A stretch of DNA of 59,138 nt, the filler included, from Squatina squatina (lineage: Eukaryota): NCBI GenBank assembly GCA_031763465.1. It is 4 parts of 4 records of this genome, joined end to end, with 100 filler letters (N's around TTAATTAATTAA, not from the genome) between each part and the next. Parts side by side here need not be neighbours in the genome. Positions count along the whole stretch, not along the records: positions 30,212 to 42,783 come from JARFOE010000115.1; positions 42,884 to 59,138 come from JARFOE010000233.1; 2 more parts are not named here. The stretch is one strand, 5' to 3'. This document shows, piece by piece, positions 34,606 through 47,153 of this stretch (position 1 is the stretch's first letter; each line of letters begins with the position of its first letter). A model generated the notes under the pieces. That model ran no database searches, was not told where the DNA came from, and saw only the letters and a program-made list of their open reading frames with translations. The position numbers were made by a program, and so were the translations under genes.

Positions 34606-37600
34606 ATGGTCCAGATTTTATTATACTTTAATTTTTCTCACTATTTTCCCTCAGGGGTATCTAGCCACTTGTAATTTTCACATCATTAATTTCCAGTAGG
34701 TGGGCGGCCTCCTCATAAACCACTATGTGGACTCTGCCATTCTTCATCCTGCAGCCAGGGAACACGCAACAGCAGCTCAGTGAGGACTTCCTTCCCTCTT
34801 GCCACCTCTACTTGACACCAACCTACAGCACGTAAACTGGTAACTCGGTGGACTACCAAGGGAGGAGGAAAACGTTGCCCCCCGCCCTGCCACCCCAAAA
34901 ACGACAACTGCTTCTCAGCTGTGCTTCACAGTCTGCGTACAGTTCAAAGGGCTGAAAAGACCACGTCAAAGGGGGTTGTGCATCAGGAAGGGACTCTGTT
35001 CATGATATTAATTGTTTTTGCTGCATTTCAAAGTGTAAATAACCAAAGCAAATTGCTTTCCTCGACAGGAGGCAGAGACCGACAGAGCTGTGGTGTATAA
35101 AACGAGGCAGATACTGAAACCTGAGGGTAGGCCATGTGATAATGCGGTTATAAGTGGTAATCTGGTGACTTCATGCTGCAGCCGTGAGTCCCTATCTGAA
35201 TTCAGGCACACAGTGCTGACCACTTTGGACTGAAAGGCGTCTCCCGGAATTCGACAGCTGCCATCAGTGGATGAACCACCCCATCGGAGGTACGAAGTCG
35301 CAAATTCACTAACACACCATTGACTGCGCTGTTTTCACACAGGCATTAACCTGTTTCTCATAAATGGGTTAATACCTGCTTAAAAATAATGCACACAGCA
35401 ATGTAGTACCAGCCCATTAAAAGTCCACACACAAACTTCACCAGCCAGAAGTTAAATCCAGTGATGTTTTAGTTTTTAACCAATGCAACAGCAACTTGCA
35501 TTNNNNNNNNNNNNNNNNNNNNNNNNNNNNNNNNNNNNNNNNNNNNNNNNNNNNNNNNNNNNNNNNNNNNNNNNNNNNNNNNNNNNNNNNNNNNNNNNNN
35601 NNAGCTCATTTTAATTCTCCACACCCCATCATCTCGAGGGAGAAATTGTTTCTCATGATCTTTGAAGTTCTTGACCTTTCAAATAAACACAATTTGCACT
35701 AAAAAGAGAGGTTGCTCTGCAGACATCAGATATTTTATTTTTTCTTCCAAAGGAATGAATGTAACTCAATTATGTTATATAAAATTGCTGACAGTTAAAA
35801 GGTGTTATTTCTGGTCCAAAAAGAAGTCTAAAGTCATCATCACTTAAAGGGGAAATGAAATCCAAAGAGTCCAGGAGGCATTTGTTCACCCTGGACTGTA
35901 TGTTCAGTACTCAAAAGGGTTAAAGATCATGTGTCAGAGATTTCCAGTTTGCATGCCAGAACCCAGCATTTACAAAACATTCATTATATGGTGACATTTG
36001 GGCTCACCGAGCTGCCAGCTTACTAGTATCAAAAGAAATAGAAGAGAAATGAATGTGAAAATCCCAATGGAGTCAATTCAGCTGTTATTTCTTTTGCTAA
36101 TAAATTGACAGCTGTTTAACCACAAAATTATATTCTTCAACTGCTGCACGAGTTTCCTGCTTCCAAATCGGAGTGCACATGGGAGGATTGTAATGTGCAG
36201 TGCTACCATCTGGAGCAGGTTTTCAAAATTAGCAGAAAATCGGGCCCCCAAGAACAATGTCCAGTAAAAGTCTCAGACTACTTATTCCTAAAGCATTTCA
36301 CGACAACCAACAGGCTACAACTCACATCTTTACAACAGTTTGTGAGTTAAGATAAGAAACACAAAAATATAACTTACACCCATTCTTCATAATTTTAGTT
36401 AAATTCTGATGAAGGGTTCAACCTAAAATGTATGTGTACACGTGTAGTTTCCAGCATTGATAGCATTTCTTCATAATCTTGGTTACAAATTCCCCAATTG
36501 TATTTCAGTCCACGTGTGGGGCAAATTTAACAATTATTATAAAAGAACATAGAAGTCATGGCATTCGGATTTTTAAAAAAAATATATGTTGTTTCAGTAT
36601 CGTGTCCGGTTATGAAAACCGATCAGTTGCATGACACAAAAAGCAGAAATAAAACATGTTGCTAATGTGGTAATTGTATAAAACAAAATGTAAAACTACT
36701 TAGGAAAGAGGTTTACGTTTTGACAAATGTTTGACATTGCACTGCCTGCAACATTTTAGTACATGCTTGAAGACTGGCACAGATTGATGACATCCACGGA
36801 ATTTGAAGTTCTTAAGTCCTCCTGTGTTTTGTTGAATACCTCATGCAGTAAAGGATTTAGGTGTCTGCTTTTAGGCGNNNNNNNNNNNNNNNNNNNNNNN
36901 NNNNNNNNNNNNNNNNNNNNNNNNNNNNNNNNNNNNNNNNNNNNNNNNNNNNNNNNNNNNNNNNNNNNNNNNNNNNNACATATTGATAGATTTAAACCTC
37001 AGGTCTACAGAAGGCAAGAGATTTGGTTTATTTTAATTTCTCAACCTTCCACAGCTTTTCAAATAGCATTTGGTCTCACTAATTTAAATAGAAACTGTAT
37101 ATAAAATGTGATGGGAAATTTTCTTAAACAAATCTCACTTTGTAATCACATGGCTGGAGAAAACAAAGGGAACCTCTGTGTGGCTTCAACACCACCCATT
37201 AATCTGAAGCCATCTTTCAACATGCTGAAGGGACTCTGTTGGCTCTGCATTTCCACCAAAATACAGCATTAATCTGTATTTAGTGGAACGTTCTGTGCCA
37301 AGGCATTCACAGGAAGCCTTTTACACCAAAGCATAAAAGATTTTTTTTCTAGTGATGCAGTAAAGCCAAATCTTTAAAACAAAACAGTGAAAAAAAATCA
37401 AGTGTTGCAAAAAACACACATTTGTGTACACGCTCTGAAAACTTAAATTATAGAAAATCACAGAACAGAGAAACCATATTAAGTGGAGATTCTACACAAG
37501 TTCATTGGATATTCAATGTGCAAGCACCTAAATTCTTACACTTTCCATGATATTTTCTGCAAAAAGCCACATTTACTGGAACCACAAACTATTACTAAGA

Positions 37601-40269
37601 GTGTTTCACCATATTTCGGCAATCCCAAGCAGTAGAAATTGAAATATGACATTGGTATAAAAGTCATGGTCCTTCGGAAGAGAAAATATCAACTATAAAA
37701 TGCTACTAAAAATATTTTTATTTAAGCAAGGGCGTAAAAGTTGATATGGCTTGGAAATTCTCCTTTTTGGAATGAAAGCNNNNNNNNNNNNNNNNNNNNN
37801 NNNNNNNNNNNNNNNNNNNNNNNNNNNNNNNNNNNNNNNNNNNNNNNNNNNNNNNNNNNNNNNNNNNNNNNNNNNNNNNACATATGCCATGTAGTTTGGG
37901 CTGGAGCACAATCAGCATTAATCAAGGGTTCCAGCATTTTGCAGCAAGCGATGAGACAGTGTAGATCTACAAGTTGTGTTTATCTCCTGATGAGATTATC
38001 AGAAACTATTCCAACTGTGCCAATCATGGGACACCCAAAAAGTCAAAACAAGGCACCCGATAGTTAATAGCACATTGTGACTTAGCAGTAAATACTTAAA
38101 ATGAAAAACAATCAAAGTAAAATGTATTTCACAGTATCACTGCGACTGGTGTAAACAGTCATACTGTCACAATAAATAATATCCAGCATCTCTGAACAGA
38201 GAGTTCCACTGGTTTCAAATTGAGCACAGCCATAAAATTCACTCTAATTGGCATACTTGTTTGGCAAGATTATTAAGTATTAACTTTCATTTGTACTGAT
38301 GATACAAGTTTAAGAGTCTTGCACACGTTAAATGTCAAGGCCACAGGATGATTAAATGCCATATACAATAGTAAATTAATCTCCGAGAAGAATGGCGTGG
38401 TGCTAAAGTCCAGAGGGTTAGCTTCCACAAATAGCTGCAAGTTTAGACCGGGGATTTGTGTTGTTGGTCCCCTTATAACAATAATGGAGGAGTTNNNNNN
38501 NNNNNNNNNNNNNNNNNNNNNNNNNNNNNNNNNNNNNNNNNNNNNNNNNNNNNNNNNNNNNNNNNNNNNNNNNNNNNNNNNNNNNNNNNNNNNNTAATAC
38601 AGCGTACAGTGCTCAACTATCATAGCAATAACCGGTTACCGCCAGAATGACGCAGATGGTTGGCAGCCAGCTAGTTAAAATTGCACTGGCTGGAGGCCGC
38701 CCGCTGGTTGGAAGATGTGCTGGCAGGGGGTTTTGGCAGGGTCTCGTGGGTGAGAAGGTTGGGTGGGGGGGGAGTGGGTAAAAAGGTTATTGATGTCAAT
38801 AGGACCCCGATGTACCTACATATATGAGATTCTTGCCTCACTTAGGCAGTCACCTCATCTGTCACCAAAAGAGTGTTGTTAGAACCCACATGGAGCAAGA
38901 ACGGAGCAGGTATTTGGCCCACTCCTTTTTATCTGCTCTCCACCTGGCTTCTACTAGGTTTAAAATCTCCCCACCTTTATGAAAAAGTTCTTGGCAAAGG
39001 TTTATCTATGTTTACAAGTATGTGATCTAATGACATCAATTGAGTTGAAATGCATGAGGTGAACACTCCATTATGATGATGGTTCTTCTGGCTCTTCTCC
39101 ATCCCGAAACAACAAACAAGGCTCCGAACATTTTTTCCCATAAAGGCAGTGCCACTTAAAGGACTTAACATTTATTGGAAGAAAACCTATTTCCCAAATC
39201 AAATAATTAGAACATTATTCGGCATGTTGCATGGCATTATACATTAGGCTCATGAAGCTGAGAAATTTCTGAAATGACTGAAAGGGTCACATCTTTGTTT
39301 TTCCTATCAAGCATTGAGGTAAAGCATTACATTTAAACACAAGGCATTGGGGTGGGAGGGGGTGTAACATTCTTCCATGTTGCAGACAGAATGGGAAGTA
39401 CTTGGAGCTATTTTGAAAGGCGGGAAGATCTGTTTGTTAATCTCCACTGAATTGTTCACTACAACAAAAGTGTTCCACCAACAGAAAAGTGAAAAGACCA
39501 GAATTCATTTTACAGAAAATCATCATCTTAACTACTGGAAGTATGCCACTTTTTGATGAAAATAACGTTTCTCACTCTGCAGGAGTAGCAAGGAGTGGAA
39601 AGTGGCATCAAAAGAAGAATGGGCAGAATGCTAAATTCTCCTTAGTTGCCTTTAGGAATATTTCTACAACAACTAACAACATTTACTTTTTAGAATGCAC
39701 AAGCCAAATACCTGCCATAGAGAATTGTCAATATGGGGGAAATAATGAGAAGTGGATTCTAATGAAAAGAAAAGAAAGTTGGAGCTGAAAAGAATGGTTG
39801 ACGTAAACGTTTTCGGTTTGTGTGTGTGGAGAGAAGAAGTGACTGAGATAAAGTGGACAGTAAAATGCATACCGTAACATCTCCTGTACTTTTTGTTCTT
39901 GAGATTGTCTGAAGATATGGGGCGCCCAATTGGCATTTTTATAGCTGGTGGCTATATGGGGCCATAGGTGCCTTTTTAGTACCTTAATAGAGCTGTCCCT
40001 TTAAGTCAGGGCATTGGCGTCTTAGAAAATTTCTTGGCATCATAAAACAAAACCTATGTTCAAAACCAGCGCTAATGGAACTATTGACTCTCAGGTTTTT
40101 TCAGCTGCCCAATTGTTGGTCCGATGTAAGGAGCTGCTATCAGGTCTCAGCCCACCTCAGCCCTTAAAGNNNNNNNNNNNNNNNNNNNNNNNNNNNNNNN
40201 NNNNNNNNNNNNNNNNNNNNNNNNNNNNNNNNNNNNNNNNNNNNNNNNNNNNNNNNNNNNNNNNNNNNN

Positions 40270-40340
40270 GGCTGTAAAGCGCTTTGGGATGTCCTGAGGC
40301 TGTGAAAGGCACTGTATAGATGCAAGTTCTTTCTTTCTAT
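40270..40340 (+). mobile_element. SINE 3' tail
   Basis: GCTGTAAAGCGCTTTGGGATGTCCTGAGGCTGTGAAAGGCACTGTATAGATGCAAGTTCTTTCTTTC. Confidence 0.8.
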
Positions 40341-42516
40341 CGAATTCAAATTTCATACATCACTTCTTCCATTCTCCTTCCAGCAGCATTTCTGCCACAA
40401 TAGCATCTATGCTGAGACCAGTTATGTCATCACTCTTGCAACCCCTGCAGTGACATTTTACAAGTCACAAGTGGGTTTGTTGCTGCTCTAGAAATGGACT
40501 TTGATAAACTTAACCAATATGGACAATATTCACCCAAAGACCATTTAAGTTGTGGAGTGTTTGTGCTCCTGTGTGTACAATGAGGATGGAAAGTAACATC
40601 AAAATTTTAACCTGCTCATATGTATCATAGGAATTTATCAGTGTTCAGACTTGAAGTCCTAGATTGCCTGAATAAATCTCTTTCTGTGACCAGAGAACCA
40701 AAGATAAAATAGGTAAGAAACATTTTGTTTTAATTGTTTATTTATGAAAGAAAATTATAGATGAAAACAAACCAGAGGAAAGAAATAGAACTAAGAGAAA
40801 GGAGAGAAAATTAGGGAATAAGAAGTGTGGAAATATAAGATGTTAAAATATGATTTTAAGTAAAAGTATATTTCTTGAGTATTTCACTAGCATATAATTA
40901 ATATAATGGTAATATCGCTACCAACAGCAAAATAGCTTTATTAATGTAATATTGGTGTTAGTTTCAGTTTTATAGTGTGTGTGCTAGAAACAGTTGAAAA
41001 CATAGCCAACTCAGGGAAACTGGAATTCCCAGAAGTGTTAAAACCTCAAAGTAGCGCAGCATTTGAGATGGATGCTTTTCAACTGTTTCCATGATTTAAA
41101 ATTTCCACAGCTGTCTAATAGATCAGCCACAGAGCATAATGGTGATGGGTTTTAGCAGTAGTTTATTGGTAATTATGTAAATACTTCATGGCAATTAATC
41201 TTGGGAGCACAGAGATTCACTATACAACTGCTGCTGGTTTAGCAATGAGCGGCATTGCTGTCAAAATCATTGCAAGCTTCATGCTTGATTTCAGGACTTG
41301 AGTCAGTTTCTGTTCCTTTGATCTTAACCTGCCGTATATAGAGAAATTACTGAAACATATGTGCATGTACTGAACCAACCTAAGTAGAAAAATGAGAAGC
41401 AATTGTTACATTATTATATTAAAGTTATATTTTGTTTTATTGTAAAACAAAGTGAAGGGCCAAAGTTCATAGTGCAAACCACTATCAAGTTTGAAAAGAA
41501 TAAATGAGAAGCCAAAATCAATCAAAGTATTGAAGAGGTTTTAAATGGGTGGAAGTTTTGGAAGGAAGGACCCAGTGAAGAAAGGAGATCCATAGGAAAC
41601 CAAGCTTCTTGAAGGCAGCTTCACCAATGGAGGAGATGTGGAAATTCTATTTGAAGCCAAAGAAGATACCAAGATGAAGAGTACCGACAGGCAAGGGTAA
41701 TCACATCNNNNNNNNNNNNNNNNNNNNNNNNNNNNNNNNNNNNNNNNNNNNNNNNNNNNNNNNNNNNNNNNNNNNNNNNNNNNNNNNNNNNNNNNNNNNN
41801 NNNNNNNTCGGAATTTGCAACAGAAACATAACAGCAAATTGTTAAAAGAAAACGTAGGATATCATCTTCATTCATTCAGCTGTGTTCTGAGCTTCCTTCT
41901 CAGGAAGTCCCTCACTGGATGGAGTTAACACTTCCATGTGATTTTCTTGACTTTAGTAACATGATTGTGGATTTGCACTTCAAGAAACATTTAGCATGCG
42001 GACGAGAAGCACAACGTTTTGTCATTTTAAAATAAAAATGTCTAACAATATGAAATAAATCCACTCCCAATGTCATCAATGTCCCTTGAATAGAAGAAAG
42101 AATTGGTGATAACGATTCACCGAGCCTCTTTAGGAATGAATATGTCATCTTTACCCTATCCATCCAACTTTTGAAAGCTCTTGAAACCTAGGCTTCATGT
42201 AACTGATAGGATTCTTGCAGGTTATGACGATCTTCCTTCATACCCGGACTGGAACACATGGCGTATGCACTTAAGAATTCAGCACGAAGAGCAAATCACA
42301 GATTTGCCAATGATGTTCAACATCTTTGCTTTTCTTTCATTAACTGCACCGAGTGCTAATCTACTGAGTGCACTTAAATGAATGATTTTTCATCTATCTT
42401 TCAAATGAAGTTCTCAAAATCCCAGCTCGATGAACTGAAGAAGACATCATAGCATATATCACATGCATGCTCTGTCCATTGCATGTGTGGAGTGCATTCA
42501 TACAAATTCAATCAGG

Positions 42517-42599
42517 TTATGGTTTAGAGCCCCAGCTGCTCTTCCCCTTCTTTTGGCCTTTTAATTTCTCTCCATCTTCATCAAAATACGAAGTCAGAT
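42517..42599 (-). CDS. Candidate terminal coding exon of an unidentified gene
   Basis: Branch-like CTAAAT, tract CCATTTCTATCTTT, AG at 42601-00; phase-1 reading xLTSYFDEDGEKLKGQKKGKSSWGSKP*; repeat-poor UTR-like sequence follows. Confidence 0.45.
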
Positions 42600-42783
42600 C
42601 TAAAGATAGAAATGGTATTTAGTGTTTTTGAACAACTCTGTTGGAGGCAATATTTTAAAGGTGCCTAAACAGAAACCATTAAGCACACCACCATTTATAA
42701 AATATACAGACGCAAACAGAATTCATTGCTTGCATTTTGACTCTTTAAGAGGATTCCTTTCTTGCCTTCCACCCAATATGCCA

Positions 42784-42883
42784 NNNNNNNNNNNNNNNNN
42801 NNNNNNNNNNNNNNNNNNNNNNNNNNNTTAATTAATTAANNNNNNNNNNNNNNNNNNNNNNNNNNNNNNNNNNNNNNNNNNNN
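42784..42883. other. Artificial scaffold linker 44N-TTAATTAATTAA-44N
   Basis: 12-mer at 42828-42839 centred in a 100-bp gap. Confidence 0.97.
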
Positions 42884-43999
42884 ACAGCCGCAAAATTGAA
42901 CAAAAGCTTTGCTGGTGAGTGCAGACTGCAGCACCTCACAGGTTACAGTGTGGTTTCTACTGCTCAGACAGAGAATTCATCCACATACACTGAAGTACCA
43001 GGGCACAGCCTACATGTGCTTTCTTTGTTAGTGGGCTGATACTACTCCTGGCTGCAGCCCTGTCTGTGAGAGTCAGGCTATACACGCAGAGGGTGGCCAG
43101 TCCGGTTTGCCTACATTTCAGAGATAAACTATCAAGACTGTAGATTGAGCGTATCTGTTGGTGTAAACAGACAATTGTAAACATGTTTGTGTGTATTGGA
43201 TAAGAGAAATGCTAAGCGAGTCTTTGCTTGTGCAAACAGCAGGAAGTGCAGCTGGGCGGAGTCAAATTGTGGTGCGTGACATTTAGCTGTGGGTTGTGTT
43301 TGTGTGGTTGACGAATGTACTTCTGAAATTTTACACAATAAGCAGTGGATGGTTTGGCCAGGAACTGAGTGAGCGTGAAGCCTGCGTGTGTGTTTTGTTT
43401 TGTGTTATAGCTTGTCAGTTCAGAGTCAGTGCTGCCAAAACAGCAGAACGTTAGACTCCAGTTTGTTCCTGTGGCTGTTGGGTGGAATGAATTTTGTTTG
43501 CATGTACTGCTTCTCTTCCTCTCAGTGCACAGTGTGCTAAGCACAGCAGGTTGAAATGTATTTTTCTGAAGGGGTCATAACTTTAGTGCATGACGCACCA
43601 TAGAAGGTCCTGATTTTGGGCCACGGTCTCACACACATCTGGGCCACCAGGTGGAAAAGTAGCTGAGTGGAGACGTGCAGATCCCCACAAGGAGACACAG
43701 AGAAATCAAGAGAACTCAGCCTCTGTTGCTCTCAGATGCCTCCTTGTGGCTGATTTAGAGCAACATAGGCCAAAGCCTGCGAACAGGGCCCTGTCTTGTC
43801 TGCTTCTGGGTTGAGGAATGACACACACATAGTGGAGGGGAAAATTAAGAAGGGGGTAAATAAGTGAAAGAGCGAGGAGCAGATTGAAAATAAGCAAAAA
43901 GTAAGAACCGGAAAAAAAGAATTCCAGCACAAGTCACTGATAGCCATCAGGAACAGGAATCCTGTTTGATTTTCCCCCTTATATGACAGGGAACAGAGG

Positions 44000-44313
44000 C
44001 CAGTTGCAGCAACCTAGTTTATGTCACAAGGTTTCCTCACGTGACCTCCTGCCTCCAACCACCCCACCCCCACACTCCCACCATTGGTCGCCCAACGTCC
44101 ATCCTCGCCTTCCCACGCCAATTGGAAAGAGAAGAAATTCTTTTTTACCTGATTGGATGATTCCAAACTGTCAGCCTCACAACCCTGTTTCCCATCTCTA
44201 TTTTTTTAATACCCCTTTGATTTTTCTCCTAGAAATGCTTGCAGAAGTGTCCAGGAGATTTAACTCTTTAACTCCTGGAGATTCCCGGGCAATCTGGGAG
44301 GGTTGGCAACCCT
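44000..44313. mobile_element. hAT MITE related to 4874-5129
   Basis: Shares CACGTGACCTCC, CCAGGAGATT..., TCCTGGAGA and right TIR GGAGGGTTGGCAACCCT; left TIR decayed. Confidence 0.75.
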
Positions 44314-44689
44314 CGGGCTGGGAACTAACATGTCACAGGTCAATTTAACTGTCGTTGAATGTTCTGAGAAGTTAAGCCTTTTACCAAGAGAGAAGCGAAA
44401 CTGTGGATGTAGAGGACAAAATGAAGATCTGGAATATTTTGAAGGCAGTCCTGCTGTTATTGACCCAGAGGGCTGTGTGTGAATATTTGAGAGGCTCAAA
44501 CTACCATAACCTTTGGCAAATACCAGGCACTCTTTTCTACATCTCTTGTTAAAAAGAAATGATCACATGAAGAATAAAATTTTACAAATTCACGTTACTT
44601 GTGTGGAGCTTTGCAGGCACCGTTTCCAATCCCGATCCCTGTCCATCGACCCCTGCTGGGGAGTGCACAAGGACAGGATTGGGATGAGC

Positions 44690-44867
44690 TGTGATGCAGC
44701 AAGCAGTTAGGAAGGCAAATGGTATGTTTACCTTCACTGCAAGAGGATTTGAGTACAGAAGTAAGGATGTCTTACTGCAATTATATAGGACCTTGGTGAG
44801 ACCACACCTGGAGTATTGCGTGCAGTTTTGGTCTCCCTACTTAAGAAAGGATATACTTGCCATAGAG
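44690..44867 (+). mobile_element. CR1 LINE ORF2 fragment
   Basis: QQAVRKANGMFTFTARGFEYRSKDVLLQLYRTLVRPHLEYCVQFWSPYLRKDILAIE. Confidence 0.92.
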
Positions 44868-44967
44868 NNNNNNNNNNNNNNNNNNNNNNNNNNNNNNNNN
44901 NNNNNNNNNNNNNNNNNNNNNNNNNNNNNNNNNNNNNNNNNNNNNNNNNNNNNNNNNNNNNNNNNNN

Positions 44968-45378
44968 CACTTCCTCACATTAAACTCCATCTGCAACAGT
45001 TTTGTTCACTCACTTAATTTTTCAATGTCCTTTTGCAACTTTCTGCACCCAATCCGCTCTACTTATTGTGACACCGAGCTTACAGTCATCAGTAAACTTG
45101 GCTATACAGCTCTCTATTCCTTTTTCTAAGACATTTATAAATATAGTGAAAAGCTAAGGCCCCAATACTGATCCCTGGGGGACAACACTCGTCACATCCT
45201 GCCAAATTGAGTACCTATCTATTATCCCTACTCTCCGTCTCCCTACCTCCTAACCAATTCCCTACCATGTCAATCAGTTGCCTCCAATGCCATGCGCTTC
45301 CTTTTTTGTTAACAGTCTCTTAGGTGGAACCTTATCGAATGCCTTCTTGAAGTCTATATAAATAACATCCATGGACAC
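44968..45378 (-). mobile_element. CR1 LINE RT fragment
   Basis: Minus strand gives MDVIYIDFKKAFDKVP, VPQGSVLGP and SKFTDD-like motifs. Confidence 0.9.
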
Positions 45379-45574
45379 TTTAATCAAAGGGGAGTAAAAT
45401 TGAGCAGGGTATTAAACAGGTGGCATACCAAAACTCACTCATTTTCCACTGGTGGATTAGATGTTTTTGACCCTTCTCATCGTTGCTAATGAGAACAGTT
45501 AACATAATGCATGTAGTCCATGAGAAAACTTAATTTCTCCTTCTGAGGCCATGAAGGAGACCTGCAATTATATG

Positions 45575-45905
45575 GACCTTACCACATCTCAGAAAAGCAC
45601 TTCACAGGCAGTGAATTATTATGAACTGCAGTGACTGTATCATTGAGATATGATCTCAGTTAATCAATTTTTGGTATTATTGATTGAGGGATGAGTGTTG
45701 GCCACTCCTGTTGTTCAGTGCCCTGGGATCCTTCACATCTACTTGAATACTGAAGAGGCAAAAAGGGTCTCAGTTTAATGTCATGTCCCGAGGACGGCAC
45801 CTCCAACAATGAAGCATTCGCTCAGTACTGGGCTAAAATCTGGAGTGGTATTTGAACCCACAACCTTCTGACGTAGAGGGGATCAATGTACCAACTAAGC
45901 TAAGC
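45575..45905 (-). mobile_element. tRNA-derived SINE, reverse orientation
   Basis: TTTGAACCCACAACCTTCTGAC (reverse B-box region) and GGCACCTCC.ACAAT...CTCAGTACTG match the 29708 family. Confidence 0.75.
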
Positions 45906-46278
45906 TTTCTGCAATCAGATCCCTTTGCAGCAGGATGTGTGGCCACAATATTGTGCAGACAGGATGTTCGGTAAACTGATCTTAAAGATTGCTCCAGTAA
46001 ATGTGTGGGAAGAAACAGAGGTTTACAGATTTGAAAACGTCCATTGGGGAGAGGCTCTGCTCCGACTGTGTGCCACAAGGGCATTCTGAGCAAATTCATT
46101 TGGAGCAAGCGTGTAAAGTCTTTGCCAGAGTCATTAAAGATTCACCAACAAACAACCTACAAAAATATGACAAATATGCACAGATTACATCAGCTTTTAA
46201 CTTTGGCTGAACTTGTACTGTATAATCTGGAAAAAAGCAGCAGACACTGTGCAGCCTAGGCTGTGTAATCTTTCTTTG

Positions 46279-46336
46279 CATCTCCCTCTCACACTCTCCT
46301 CATCTCCCTCTCACACTCTCCTCATCTCCCTCACAC
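46279..46336. repeat. 22-bp CT-rich tandem repeat, about 2.6 copies
   Basis: CATCTCCCTCTCACACTCTCCT x2 plus a partial copy. Confidence 0.8.
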
Positions 46337-47058
46337 AGCCTGTCCCTCTTTCAGATACCAGCTCCTCNNNNNNNNNNNNNNNNNNNNNNNNNNNNNNNNN
46401 NNNNNNNNNNNNNNNNNNNNNNNNNNNNNNNNNNNNNNNNNNNNNNNNNNNNNNNNNNNNNNNNNNNGAACTTTTCAAATTAATCAACATGCAGCAAAGA
46501 TAGATAGATGTTGGTTAAGTACAATAATAGATTTCCCTCCTTATAAAGCACATAATGAGTGCCTTGTATCATATGGCGAGCAAGAGGAAATAGGCCTGGT
46601 CTGTTTTGAGCTGCTTGTCTTACACCTGCTGCTAGAGGAAGGAACTGGTCTTTGTATCGTGCACATACTGGTTATTTTGTCATTGCACAAATAGCAAATA
46701 TCAAATAGCGTAAAAGCCATATTGTAATTTTTCATGGAAAATCTCAGTGCAGCGACAGCTTGTCTTAAAAGTCGGCCATCAGACACCAAAGATGCACCTT
46801 GAAAAGAGTCTTCTGGATAATATTGCTAAAACAGAGAGAAAGGGTATCGGTATCACGGTAACACCCCTGTTAGGGCCAAGATTAAAAATATGTTTGTTCT
46901 GAGAAGGCAGGAGGATGTGTTTAGTCTGCAATGCAGCCGGCACGAATCAAACAGATCTTAACATTTTTTTTTAATTTATAGGAGAAAAATTGCTTCCGCT
47001 GTGTGTGATGATTTTTCATTTAAAAGAGGATCCCCTGTTAACCTTTTTCTTTTTGCAG

Positions 47059-47153
47059 CGGAGAGAAAACGATCTTTAGGCAAAGATTACCACCCCCTTT
47101 GTCTGAAATGCTACCGGTGCAAGCGCCAATTAAGTCCAGGCCAGCATGCAGAG
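47059..47153 (+). CDS. LIM-domain exon of a cysteine-rich protein (CRIP1/CRIP2-like)
   Basis: Strong acceptor (CTTTTTCTTTTTGCAG), donor GTATGT, 95 bp, phase 1-0; (A)ERKRSLGKDYHPLCLKCYRCKRQLSPGQHAE vs recalled CRIP1 [32 protein letters not shown]. Confidence 0.9.

Noticed and set aside
41808-42500. Faint transposase/integrase-like words on the minus strand (HHWQICD, GVDLFH)
   Set aside because: Motifs are isolated, frames are interrupted by stops and there is no consistent colinear match; better explained as UTR-like sequence.
43641-43660. CTCF-like site GGCCACCAGGTGGAAA
   Set aside because: Mismatch in the conserved GGC 3' core; a single motif with no supporting evidence.
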